Shown here piece after piece: positions 26,539-36,045 of a stretch of DNA of 51,500 nucleotides (its first letter is position 1; every line of letters begins with the position of its first letter). The stretch comes from Verrucomicrobiota bacterium (lineage in GTDB: Bacteria; Verrucomicrobiota; Verrucomicrobiia; Limisphaerales; JAJOIW01), in assembly GCA_021209225.1 (NCBI GenBank), contig JAJOIW010000108.1, positions 1-51,500 of the forward strand. The letters run 5' to 3'. The notes under the pieces were generated by a model, which worked only from the letters and a program-made list of their open reading frames with translations, was not told the DNA's origin and did not search any database. The position numbers were made by a program, and so were the translations under genes.

Positions 26539-29500
26539 ATGAAATTGGTATTGCGACAAATTGGCATAGTATTGCTGTTAGTATCATGGGGGGTTCGATC
26601 ACCAGCTCAGGGTTTTATCAATTTTGAGACAGCTGATTTGGTGAGAAACGCCTCGGATGGCACAGTTTTGGGATCAGAAGGCTATCTGGCGCAGTTGTTT
26701 GTGAGTGGATTTAATGATCCGCATCAAATGTTTCCTATTGGGGGCGTGGCCGTGGTGGGAGCCGATGGAATCATCCAAACGCCAAGTCCAAATAATCGAT
26801 CGGTTCCGGGATTTCCAAGCGGAAGGACAGTTTTTGCTCAGATACGTGTTTGGAACCAGGAGGATAATTTCAGTTTTGAAGCGGTTCGGGATTTTGGTGG
26901 GTATCTTGGTTTGTCTCAGGTATTCAGAGTGGAACTTGCGGACTCATCGACAAGTCTGCTTTCCTCTGGGGGAGCCATTCATGTCCATAAAGTGATCGGA
27001 AACAAAGCAGAAAGCGGCCAGATAAAATTTGCCAACCGCGGGCTGGGTTGGGAGGCGCCATTTTTTGATGTGTCGGGCAAACGGCTCGAAGGAGACACTT
27101 ACGTTGCTCAGCTTTATGCGGGCCCATCTGAGGATTTTCTGAATCCGGTTTCTGATTTGCGCACGTTCGGTACGGGTTCCATGGCTGGATTTTTGGTGGG
27201 TGGCACAGAGATTTGCCGAACTCCTCTGGTCCATCCGGGTGAAACGGCCTATGCGAAAATTGTTGTCTGGGAGAAAAAGGGTGGTCCCAATGTGGAAAAT
27301 GCCATCTCAACCCGCAGACCCTTTGGACAAAGCAACATTGTGCGTGTTTTGGCTGGGGGAGGATTTTTTCCCGAGTTTCTGGTATCCGACCTGAATGGTC
27401 TGGAATCTGTCTGGTTGGAGCAGATAGAAGAGCCAACCACACAGGGAAGTGTCCATTTTGCCAATCGATTTTTTCATCCAACCCTTGGACAGACATTGGA
27501 ATTCCGTGTGTTCATGCCCGATGGGCGCACGCCAGTGAACGCGGAAGGGTTTGTTGCTCAGCTTTATGCTGGCTTTGACCCATTAAACCTGGATCCGGTT
27601 GGATGGCCGAACCCGTTTCTGTCCGGAGAAAATTCAGGGATATGGGAACCGGAGGTCAAACTCATCCCGGGAAGCCAACCCGGTGCGGTAGTCTACACTC
27701 AAGTCAAGGTTTGGAATACTCAGGATGCTGAAACGCATGAAATAGCCGAATCACTTATGGCCATTCGGGGCGAATCAGACATCATGAGCATAAAAACTGG
27801 GGGTGATGGCATTCCACCTTCTCTGCCTCCACCGCTGGTTGAATTAAAAGAGTTTGTATTGTATACAGGTTCGAAGCCGGTGATTACATCGGACTTGAAA
27901 AATATAGGCGTAACTGAAGGCGAGCCAGTTTTGTTGGAATTCGGATTCAACGCGAGTGAACCCATCCAGATTGATTGGCTTTTCAATAATATCCCCATTC
28001 TAGCACCTAACCGTTCGAGTTTATCCATCCCGTCAGCAGAACCGGACCATGCTGGTATCTATCAGGCAATTGTCAGAAACTCTGCCGGACAGATCGCCAC
28101 AAGCAAGGTTGAAGTCACCGTTTCAAAAAGAATAGACCCACCCCGAATTGTCTCGGTCAGTGGTGATATGAAGGTCGGGGCAGGCACTTCTCCGATAATG
28201 AGCATCGAGTTGGTTGGAACCCCACCTTTTAATGTCGATTGGTATCTTGATGGTGTCCTGCTTTTGAAAAATGCGGGACCACAGATCACGCTGGGAAATG
28301 CCAATGCCCAATTTGGAGGACAGTATTCAGTGGCCGTATCGAACGCCTCCGGTTCAGATCAAGCCATTGTTGGAAATTTAACGGTAGTACAACCGCTTTC
28401 CTGGGTCGTCATCCCTGAGTCCGTAACGACAAAATCCAACGCATCTGTAACTCTGACCGCCTTTGCCCGCGGATCAGGATCCATTACTTATAGATGGATT
28501 CATAACGGTGTGGTTCTACCCATTTCATCCAGTGAATGGAGTATTAAATCTGTTTCGACTGAGCATACGGGAACCTGGCAGGTGGAGGCATCCAATGAAG
28601 CCGGAACAATCCGCTCGTCCATCTTCGCTTTGGAAATTGTCGATCCGCCAGTCATTTCAAGACATCCACAAAGTGTGGAAATCGCCAAATCATCCCCACT
28701 CTTTTTTGATGTTTCAGTGACGGGCAGCCAACCCATGTCATTTCAGTGGTATAAGGATGGCGCACCGGTAGTTGGTGGGACGAATAAACAACTGGCGATT
28801 TCTGATTCGTCAACCGAACACTCAGGCGAATGGTGGGTCGTCGTCAGCAACTCTGCAGGTTCAACTACCAGCCAACGAGCCAAACTCACCGTCGGTTTGC
28901 CCCCAACTGTGGATCGCTTACCTGCCCTGGTTTCTGCGCCAACCAATCAGGCCACTTTATTCTGGGCCGATGTTTCAGGCGATCAACCTCTGACTTTTCA
29001 ATGGGTGAGAAGTGGACTGGTGCTCACATCCACTCAGAATCCCTGGATCATCTTCGACAACCTGCCAGTCCCCCAGGTCGGAAATCTACAATTACTCGTC
29101 ACCAATAAATTCGGTTCCATCACCACATCCCCGTTCATCATCCGACAACTCCCGGAACTGACTTTCCCGACAGCCACAAACCCGTCGGTCATCAGAAAAC
29201 TTCCGGAATTGTCCGAAGACTCCAATATACTGCCAGTCTATATATTTATTGCCAACATCCATGGCAGCCCAATTAATATAACTGAACATATTCCCGATGG
29301 TTTTATTGTAGATGAAATCGGGGACGGCGGAATCTATGACCCCAAATCCCGCTCCATCTCCTGGCGCCTGCCCACTTCCGGCAGAATCATCACACATTAT
29401 ACTCTCATTGCCAGCCAGGAAATTCTCATTCCGAAAACCTTCAATGGAACGGCAGAATTTGAAGCGGAAACCATCCGTATCGATGGGGATCAGATTATTT

Positions 29501-31749
29501 CTCCTTTAACTATAGAGCCTCCACCACCAGTAGTGGAACCACCTCACATTGTGAAGGTAAGCGGCGATGTATCTGTCGGGTTGGGTGGGTCTCCAGAGCT
29601 CTGGCTTGAAACCGAAGGATCAAATCCCATAGCCATTGATTGGTACCTCAATGGTAAACTTCTATTTAAAAACGCCGGGCCGAAAATAACCTTGGGAAAT
29701 GTGAGTGCTGAATTCGCTGGGCAATACACAGCAGTGGCATCCAATTCAGCAGGTGAAGATCAGACAACTGTCGGATCTCTGGATGTGATTATGCCTTTGA
29801 CCTGGGTTACGGTCCCGCAGTCGGTAGCAGTCGCCGCAAACTCCGCAGTGAAATTCACAGCATACGCCCGGGGGGCTGGCAATATTTCATACCAATGGAT
29901 TCACAATGGTCAGCATCTCGAGGGAGCGTCCAGCACATGGACCATAAATTCTGTCAGTCAAGCAGACACGGGAACCTGGCAGGTGGAGGCATCCAATGAA
30001 GCCGGAACAATCCGCTCGCCTGCCTTCACTCTGAGTATCATCGAGCCACCAGCAATCATTCGTCACCCGAAAAATCTGGAAGTTACTGTGGGAAAACCCT
30101 TATACTTTGATTCCATAGCCTCGGGGACAGGACCGTTGTCTTATCAGTGGTACCACAACGATAAAATTGTCAGTGGAGCTACCACTCCAAGGCTCCTGAT
30201 CAAGGAGGCTGCAAAAGAACACGAGGGCCAATGGTGGATCGTCATCACCAATCCATCAGGTTCAGTCGTCAGTGATAAAGCTCAGCTGAGCGTGGGTCTG
30301 CCGCCTGAAATATCATTCCAACCTTGGCTCATCTCAGCGCCTGGTGGACATTCAGGTCTATTCTGGGCCACTTTCCATGGCGAACAACCCATGACTTATG
30401 AATGGATTTGGGAAGGACAATCTCTGACATCCACAGACCAGCCATGGCTTATTCTCGACAATTTACCTGAAACACCTCTGGGCAAGCTCCATATCAGAGC
30501 TTCAAATTCTTTTGGAACGACAGAATCAAAACCATTTAATATTAAACCTATTTTTAACCTTGATATCCCCATGTCAACCGGACCGGAAGTACTCAGAAAA
30601 CTTCCGCAATCGATTTCCGACTCGACTTCAAATCCAGTATATCTGTTCATTCGCAACATAAAAGGCAAACCGATCCAGATCGTTGAAAGCATACCAAAGC
30701 ATGTTGTCGTCGACGAAATAGCTGATGGTGGAACATATGATTCACAATCACGCACTCTCACCTGGAATCTGCCAGTGGCTGACGAATTAATCGTTCACTA
30801 CACATTCTTCACCCAGGAAATAGATTCACCTGCTGAAAAATTTGATGGACAGTATATATATGATGGCAATTCAAATCCAATTGGGGGAGACACCGGTTCT
30901 GCTCCGTTTCCTCCAATTCCTGCAGATATATCACCCACGGATTATTCAATCAACTCATCAGAACTCCATAATTATATTAAAGCCTACCTGCAAGGTCAGT
31001 CATGGCAGGGAGATTCTGTTGACCTGGCCCATGCAGTCCGGGTCATGAGCCTTAAAAATCAAGGAGGAAAATATCAATTCAATGAATCTCTTTCTCCTCC
31101 TCTTTGTTGGATACCCACACGTTCGGATTTCGTGAACAATGAAAATAGAAGCCCGTCGGAGGGCGAATCTCAACCACTCATTCACTTTGTCGGACAGTTC
31201 AATCAGGACTCAGTCATAATCCAGCTGGTTATCGAACTACCTGCACGTGTCGCTTTTGCTTCAGGCTTGGAACTCAATCTCAGCCCGGGCTGGACTTGGG
31301 ACCTCAAGCATCCGGAAATCACTGCCGCTCGGTGGATCTTTCCAGCTGCTCAGGCACGGAAAATAATTGTCGATGTGTTTCCGAATTCCTCATCCATTCC
31401 CGCACATATCGACGTATTTGGAAGCGTTTCATTTGACGGTGACATCCAACCTGTTTCTGCTTCAGCATCACTTATCCATCACCTGCCCAATTCAATCCGT
31501 ACCGCCAAACTACAGAATGGAAAAATCACCCTCACTGGAAATATTGAAATTGGAGGCGAATGGATCATTGAAAAAACTATTGACTTTAAATCCTGGAAGC
31601 CATGGCACACTTTTTCCACCTCTCCTGGATCCTTCGAGTTATCAGGATCCATTGAGGACGAAAATCAGGCTTTCTTCAGAATCCGGTTTTCTGAATCCAA
31701 TATAACCCCAACGCCTGCCATAGAGGGATTCCCTCCACGGTCAGAATAA
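26539..31749 (+). CDS. Giant (1736 aa) secreted protein: three N-terminal ~135-170-aa uncharacterised repeats, many Ig-like (I-set-like) domains arranged as a 467-aa tandem duplication, and a C-terminal beta-domain
   Basis: Signal peptide MKLVLRQIGIVLLLVSWGVRSPAQG. Ig-like units contain ..F.W..NG..L.......L.I..V....G.Y..VVSN..G. The ORF is uninterrupted for 5.2 kb. Confidence 0.85.
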   Translation: MKLVLRQIGIVLLLVSWGVRSPAQGFINFETADLVRNASDGTVLGSEGYLAQLFVSGFNDPHQMFPIGGVAVVGADGIIQTPSPNNRSVPGFPSGRTVFAQIRVWNQEDNFSFEAVRDFGGYLGLSQVFRVELADSSTSLLSSGGAIHVHKVIGNKAESGQIKFANRGLGWEAPFFDVSGKRLEGDTYVAQLYAGPSEDFLNPVSDLRTFGTGSMAGFLVGGTEICRTPLVHPGETAYAKIVVWEKKGGPNVENAISTRRPFGQSNIVRVLAGGGFFPEFLVSDLNGLESVWLEQIEEPTTQGSVHFANRFFHPTLGQTLEFRVFMPDGRTPVNAEGFVAQLYAGFDPLNLDPVGWPNPFLSGENSGIWEPEVKLIPGSQPGAVVYTQVKVWNTQDAETHEIAESLMAIRGESDIMSIKTGGDGIPPSLPPPLVELKEFVLYTGSKPVITSDLKNIGVTEGEPVLLEFGFNASEPIQIDWLFNNIPILAPNRSSLSIPSAEPDHAGIYQAIVRNSAGQIATSKVEVTVSKRIDPPRIVSVSGDMKVGAGTSPIMSIELVGTPPFNVDWYLDGVLLLKNAGPQITLGNANAQFGGQYSVAVSNASGSDQAIVGNLTVVQPLSWVVIPESVTTKSNASVTLTAFARGSGSITYRWIHNGVVLPISSSEWSIKSVSTEHTGTWQVEASNEAGTIRSSIFALEIVDPPVISRHPQSVEIAKSSPLFFDVSVTGSQPMSFQWYKDGAPVVGGTNKQLAISDSSTEHSGEWWVVVSNSAGSTTSQRAKLTVGLPPTVDRLPALVSAPTNQATLFWADVSGDQPLTFQWVRSGLVLTSTQNPWIIFDNLPVPQVGNLQLLVTNKFGSITTSPFIIRQLPELTFPTATNPSVIRKLPELSEDSNILPVYIFIANIHGSPINITEHIPDGFIVDEIGDGGIYDPKSRSISWRLPTSGRIITHYTLIASQEILIPKTFNGTAEFEAETIRIDGDQIISPLTIEPPPPVVEPPHIVKVSGDVSVGLGGSPELWLETEGSNPIAIDWYLNGKLLFKNAGPKITLGNVSAEFAGQYTAVASNSAGEDQTTVGSLDVIMPLTWVTVPQSVAVAANSAVKFTAYARGAGNISYQWIHNGQHLEGASSTWTINSVSQADTGTWQVEASNEAGTIRSPAFTLSIIEPPAIIRHPKNLEVTVGKPLYFDSIASGTGPLSYQWYHNDKIVSGATTPRLLIKEAAKEHEGQWWIVITNPSGSVVSDKAQLSVGLPPEISFQPWLISAPGGHSGLFWATFHGEQPMTYEWIWEGQSLTSTDQPWLILDNLPETPLGKLHIRASNSFGTTESKPFNIKPIFNLDIPMSTGPEVLRKLPQSISDSTSNPVYLFIRNIKGKPIQIVESIPKHVVVDEIADGGTYDSQSRTLTWNLPVADELIVHYTFFTQEIDSPAEKFDGQYIYDGNSNPIGGDTGSAPFPPIPADISPTDYSINSSELHNYIKAYLQGQSWQGDSVDLAHAVRVMSLKNQGGKYQFNESLSPPLCWIPTRSDFVNNENRSPSEGESQPLIHFVGQFNQDSVIIQLVIELPARVAFASGLELNLSPGWTWDLKHPEITAARWIFPAAQARKIIVDVFPNSSSIPAHIDVFGSVSFDGDIQPVSASASLIHHLPNSIRTAKLQNGKITLTGNIEIGGEWIIEKTIDFKSWKPWHTFSTSPGSFELSGSIEDENQAFFRIRFSESNITPTPAIEGFPPRSE
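28138..30940 (+). repeat. Tandem duplication of a ~1401-nt (467-aa) multi-domain block inside the 1736-aa gene
   Basis: Copy 1 starts PPRIVSVSGDMKVGAG (28138) and copy 2 PPHIVKVSGDVSVGLG (29539). The two are collinear in protein sequence throughout and are diverged, apart from a 51-nt identical island at 28567-28617 and 29968-30018. Confidence 0.85.
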
Positions 31750-31799
31750 AATCAGGTATTCACAAAACCATTTATGAGGGTATGCTTGCGCACTCATGA

Positions 31800-32957
31800 A
31801 TGTCTGAAATGCGCTTGCTTGATCGATACATCCTGACACAGATCTCTCTGCCAATGCTGGTTTGCACTGCAGGTTTTCTCATATTCTGGATCTCAGGTGA
31901 TGCCCTCAGTCGATTGGATGACTTCAAATCACTTCAGATTCACCCAGTAGACGCCCTGAAGTATTATCTCCTCAAAATTCCCGGATATCTGGACCTTCTG
32001 GGGCCTGTCGCATTCCTACTGAGTCTCCTTTATGCATTTATCCAACTGACTAGATCCAATGAAACAACAGCAATGCGCGCAGCTGGCATCAGCCTCTGGC
32101 GCATCGCCCTGCCCATATTCTTCATTTCGCTGTTGTTTGGAGTGGTATCTTTTACCTATCGGGAACTTTACCTTGTTGATTTCGAAACTCAGGCTGATGC
32201 CATTGCTCAAAATAATGGTTCCTCACTCAGTCCGCAGGACAATGCACCCATTTCTCAATCCCAATCCCTCCTTTTTTACTGGAATGAAACAGAAGGACGC
32301 AGATGGGATGTCGGGAATATTCAGTCCTCTGACGATCAAACTATTCTTGTGGACGTCACCGTCGAATACCTCGACCCAAACGGGAAATCAGTGTTCGTTT
32401 GCGCAGAAAAAGCCTATTATTCCCAATCTGTATGGCATCTGTCCAATGCACAGGTGTTCGTCAATAACCAAACACTCGGTTTCCCCGTCCTCGAAAGTAA
32501 ACCCGCTCATCTCGAAATCCCGGATTCAATCCTCCCTGAGACCCCGGAATTCCTTATGTCCCAACTCAAAATAAGTCGCGTGCAGGACATAAAGGACGCA
32601 AGACTTGCTAAATTCAATATCCGTGAAATCGCTCACATTAAAAAATTCCTCCCTACCCTCTCCAACGCAGACTCTTTGTTTCTTTCCACAAAATACCATT
32701 CCCAAATCGCAGGGTCCTTAACGTTTTTTGTCGTCGGACTTCTCGCGCTCCCTCTGGGATGCAGACCCGGACGCCGCGACGCCTTCCGGGGTGTCACTCT
32801 CGCTTTGGGCCTCTGCTTCACCTACTTTGTCGTCCAAAGACTGTCCGAACCACTCGGCTTCTCTGGGAAAATCCATCCCATACTGGCTGCCTGGTCTCCA
32901 AACTTCCTCTTCGCCTCCCTCGGACTCATTTTATTCCTCAAATCCGACAAAAACTGA
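31800..32957 (+). CDS. LptF/LptG-family LPS export permease
   Basis: MRLLDRYILTQISLPMLVCTAGFLIFWISGD... has the YjgP/YjgQ-type N-terminus. The layout is 3 TM segments, a periplasmic beta-jellyroll region, then 3 TM segments. Confidence 0.8.
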   Translation: MSEMRLLDRYILTQISLPMLVCTAGFLIFWISGDALSRLDDFKSLQIHPVDALKYYLLKIPGYLDLLGPVAFLLSLLYAFIQLTRSNETTAMRAAGISLWRIALPIFFISLLFGVVSFTYRELYLVDFETQADAIAQNNGSSLSPQDNAPISQSQSLLFYWNETEGRRWDVGNIQSSDDQTILVDVTVEYLDPNGKSVFVCAEKAYYSQSVWHLSNAQVFVNNQTLGFPVLESKPAHLEIPDSILPETPEFLMSQLKISRVQDIKDARLAKFNIREIAHIKKFLPTLSNADSLFLSTKYHSQIAGSLTFFVVGLLALPLGCRPGRRDAFRGVTLALGLCFTYFVVQRLSEPLGFSGKIHPILAAWSPNFLFASLGLILFLKSDKN

Positions 32958-32975
32958 TTTCTTTTGCACTATATT

Positions 32976-32992
32976 AATGTACCTGGTACTTT
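32976..32992. repeat. REP-like element AATGTACCTGGTACTTT, 8 nt upstream of the RAYT-like ATG
   Basis: Same sequence as the arm at 26421-26437, read directly. Confidence 0.85.
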
Positions 32993-32999
32993 TATCAGC

Positions 33000-33980
33000 A
33001 TGCGAATACCGAGAGGATTATTAAAGGATGAGAAGCGATCCCAGGTTTTTCATGTGATCAGTCGGGTGGTTGACCGGAGATTGATTTTTGAGAATCCGGA
33101 AAAGCAGATGATGTTAAGAATGTTGAGGCAGCTGGAGGCATTTTCAGGTGTGGAGGTTTTATCTTACTGTTTGATGGGGAATCATTTCCATTTGCTTGTC
33201 AATATTCCGAGAAGGCCGGAGAGGATTTCGGACGAGGAAGTATGGCGGCGAATGAAATATATTTACAATCCGACAAAACTATCTGAAATCGAGGAGAGGA
33301 TATGTCAACAGAAAGAACTGGGGAATTTGGGATATGAATCCATGATTTATGATTCTATGAGGGCTCGCATGTATGATTTATCCCAGTTTGTGAAGGATTT
33401 TAAGCTTAGGTTTTCAAAGTGGTATAATTGGGAGAAGAGTAGGGTTGGGACATTGTGGGAGGAACGATTCCGGAGTGTGCTGGTTGAAGGAAGCGAAGGG
33501 GCGATGATGAGAATAGCAAGTTATATTGAGCTGAATCCTGTTCGGGCGGGAATTGCATCGACTCCAGAAAATTACTTTTGGAATTCGCTTTCAGAAGCAA
33601 TAAGAGGTGAGCCGGCAGCCCAAAGGGGAATGATCCATCTTGCATCTGGCATAGGGCAGAGAATGGAATGGGAGAAGGCATTAGAAATCTATCGAATGAG
33701 GTTAGAGAAACGGTATGGTCAAGTGTCTTCGAGGCAGAATAGTGGCCAAGTCCTTCCAGAAAAGGACGTTGATTGCGAAAATCGGAGCAAATTGTCAGGC
33801 AAGGCCTGGAATTCACGAGTCGGCACGTTAACTGATGGCGTGGTGATAGGGAGTCGGGAGTTCATTGAAGAGTTATATGGAATGAAACTGAAGAAGTTAA
33901 GTCCCCATAAAGCTCGATTAGCCCACCCGTTGAAGGAGGAATTTGAGAACCAGCTTTATAGTTATCGAAAAAAGGAATAA
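33000..33980 (+). CDS. IS200/IS605-type Y1 (HUH) transposase homologue, REP-associated tyrosine transposase (RAYT)-like
   Basis: VFHVISRVVDRRLIF...VLSYCLMGNHFHLLVNIP (HUH motif)...TLWEERFRSVLVE...IASYIELNPVRAGIASTPENYFWNS (Tyr helix). The track ORF starts at 32964, but MHYINVPGTF is a translation of the REP motif, so ATG 33000 (MRIPRG) is preferred. Confidence 0.8.
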   Translation: MRIPRGLLKDEKRSQVFHVISRVVDRRLIFENPEKQMMLRMLRQLEAFSGVEVLSYCLMGNHFHLLVNIPRRPERISDEEVWRRMKYIYNPTKLSEIEERICQQKELGNLGYESMIYDSMRARMYDLSQFVKDFKLRFSKWYNWEKSRVGTLWEERFRSVLVEGSEGAMMRIASYIELNPVRAGIASTPENYFWNSLSEAIRGEPAAQRGMIHLASGIGQRMEWEKALEIYRMRLEKRYGQVSSRQNSGQVLPEKDVDCENRSKLSGKAWNSRVGTLTDGVVIGSREFIEELYGMKLKKLSPHKARLAHPLKEEFENQLYSYRKKE

Positions 33981-34307
33981 TGAGAGGATGTCAATTCAAG
34001 ACAGAAATATGTTGAATCTGTCCTAATTGCAGGCAGTTCACTTAAGTTTTGCTGAGATAAGCCAATAGGGTAGGCAGACTTATCGAAAGCGTGTCCAGAA
34101 AGTATAGGCAAAAAGCCACAATTGATATTTATGAATGATATAAAAATTGCAATGGAGGAGATGAATGTCCCGGCTCAGCGATGTGGCCAGGTTGAACAAG
34201 TGATTTCACAGCCTTTGGAGGATGCCACTGAGGAATCACTACTGCCAATGAGTATAGTTTGTTACAAACTGATGGCAATGGGAAGAGAGTAGGCGCTCAG
34301 CCACTAA

Positions 34308-35093
34308 TTAGAGGATGAGCCAATCAGAGCTTTGATCCTGGAATGTGGAATGGACATGAGGAAGTGCACAAGTTTCCTGTAAAAGTGCCGAGGTCATGCA
34401 CTTATGAGCCAGGACTGGCGTATTGCAATCTCTGCTGAGGTGCCCAAGAAAGATGTGTTGCAATCTTTGAGCGACCAGGTTTCTGGCGAACTCAGCGGCT
34501 GCGTTATTGGACAAGTGACCGTGTCGACTCATTATTCGCTGTTTGACTGACCATGGTCGATTTCTATCCAGCTCAAGCATGGTTTTGTCGTAATTGGCTT
34601 CCAGCAGCACCACCTGGGAATCTCGGAGTTTTTGTGTGATTGCAGAAGTGATATGACCGAGATCAGTCAAGATACCAATTACAGAATGAGGTGTCCTTAA
34701 ATTGAAACCAACAGGATCCTGGGCATCGTGAGGGATACTGAAATTTTCCACAACTATATCACCTATTTCGAATGAGCTACCGGTCTGGAATCTGACAAAA
34801 TCGAGTTTTCTGTTAGTTTGTTTTTCAATTGCTTCGATGGTGAGTCTATTGGCGAAGATGGGAATATTGTATTTTGAACTAAGGACCTGGAGTCCGCGGA
34901 TGTGATCGCCATGTTCATGAGTGATGAGAATTGCGTCAATATTCTCAGGAGACCTCCCTAACGATTCAAGTCTGGCTTTTAGTTGAGAGCAGGTGAATCC
35001 AGCATCGATCAATATAGAGGTTTTGTCTGTTTCCAAGTATGCAGAGTTGCCTCCGGATCCGCTTCCTAAAATGGCAAATTGAGTCGGCATCAA
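34308..35093 (-). CDS. MBL-fold metallo-hydrolase (YycJ/PhnP-like)
   Basis: FAILGSGSGGNSAYLETDKTSILIDAGF...DAILITHEHGDHIRGL (HxHxDH)...GHLSN. Confidence 0.85.
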   Translation of the reverse strand: MMPTQFAILGSGSGGNSAYLETDKTSILIDAGFTCSQLKARLESLGRSPENIDAILITHEHGDHIRGLQVLSSKYNIPIFANRLTIEAIEKQTNRKLDFVRFQTGSSFEIGDIVVENFSIPHDAQDPVGFNLRTPHSVIGILTDLGHITSAITQKLRDSQVVLLEANYDKTMLELDRNRPWSVKQRIMSRHGHLSNNAAAEFARNLVAQRLQHIFLGHLSRDCNTPVLAHKCMTSALLQETCALPHVHSTFQDQSSDWLIL

Positions 35094-35106
35094 GCTTGAG
35101 AGGGAT

Positions 35107-35868
35107 CTAGTTTTTGGAAGAAACTGGAGATTGTGGCAGTTGACGGAAGAAATTGATCACCAGATCGAAGGCGATATGCGCCAATTCGGGATCGTATCTG
35201 AGACCTTCATCGCGCATGAAGGCATGCTGAGCATTAAATTCGTGCCAAGTGAATGAGATATTGCATTCGGTGAGGCGGTTATAAACCTTTTGCCGGCCTT
35301 CTTGTGGGATATGTGGATCTTGTCTGCCCCAAATCATCAATAATTCACCAGTAATTTCCTTGGACCTGGTTAAAGAATCATCCATTGATCCCTGGCCCAG
35401 TCCATTTTTGTGGAGGTCAGTTGGATAAAAGCAGGCTGAACGGCAAACATCTGGCTGGAATGCCGCTCTGAATGCCAGATGGCCACCAATGCAGAAGCCG
35501 ACTACACCAAGGTTGCCTGAACAATTCGGGTGGTTTTTTAAGAAATCCAATGCTGCGCGGGCATCTGAATCGTAGTGGTCCAGTTTTTTTTCGGTTTTGA
35601 GGAAATTGCCCCTAGCTGAGCCTTCCGGGTTGTAGGAGAGAATGGTCCCGGGCAGTTCGAATTCGTGATATATTTCGGGGACTATAACCAAGAATCCATG
35701 GCCGGCTAAAAAAGCGGCTACCCTGCGGATCGGGGCGGTGATCTGAAATATTTCCGAGAAAAAAACCAATCCGGGGTAACTCCCTTCCTTGGCAGGTCTC
35801 AAAAACAGGCACTGCATTGGACCAGCTGCTGTAGTGAGAGTGACAACTTCATCTTCACGTATAGTCAT
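35107..35868 (-). CDS. Dienelactone hydrolase family protein
   Basis: PGLVFFSEIFQITAPIRRVAAFLAGHGFLVIVPEIYH...LGVVGFCIGGHLAF (nucleophile elbow with Cys)...IWGRQDPHIP...HEFNAQHAFMRD. The likely start is MTIRED at 35868; the ORF is open to 35961. Confidence 0.8.
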   Translation of the reverse strand: MTIREDEVVTLTTAAGPMQCLFLRPAKEGSYPGLVFFSEIFQITAPIRRVAAFLAGHGFLVIVPEIYHEFELPGTILSYNPEGSARGNFLKTEKKLDHYDSDARAALDFLKNHPNCSGNLGVVGFCIGGHLAFRAAFQPDVCRSACFYPTDLHKNGLGQGSMDDSLTRSKEITGELLMIWGRQDPHIPQEGRQKVYNRLTECNISFTWHEFNAQHAFMRDEGLRYDPELAHIAFDLVINFFRQLPQSPVSSKN

Positions 35869-36009
35869 GAGGTTCACCTCATAACAAATCGCAACCCGGG
35901 AAGCCAGCAAAAGCCTCCGATTCCCAACATTTAGTGGCCTTTGAGAAAGCTCCCCCAACATCTGGATACAAATTTGAATCAGAGGTTATGCGGCTGCAAG
36001 CTTAGGTTT

Positions 36010-36026
36010 AAAGTACCAGGTACGTT
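36010..36026. repeat. REP-like element AAAGTACCAGGTACGTT, inverted relative to the 32976 copy
   Basis: Read directly. It is intergenic, between the dienelactone hydrolase start and the end of the 36046-37047 gene. Confidence 0.85.
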
Positions 36027-36045
36027 TTAAATAAAGTGAATGGGA

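Noticed and set aside
26585-26600. GGGGTTCGATCACC, a T-loop-like string suggesting a tRNA.
   Set aside because: No complementary T-stem, acceptor stem or anticodon arm can be drawn. It lies inside the signal-peptide region of the 1736-aa ORF.
34131-34292. 53-codon ORF (MNDIKIAMEEMNVPAQRCGQVEQV...) in the 330-nt gap after the RAYT-like gene.
   Set aside because: It falls below any reasonable evidence threshold: no motif and no obvious ribosome-binding context. It may be chance.
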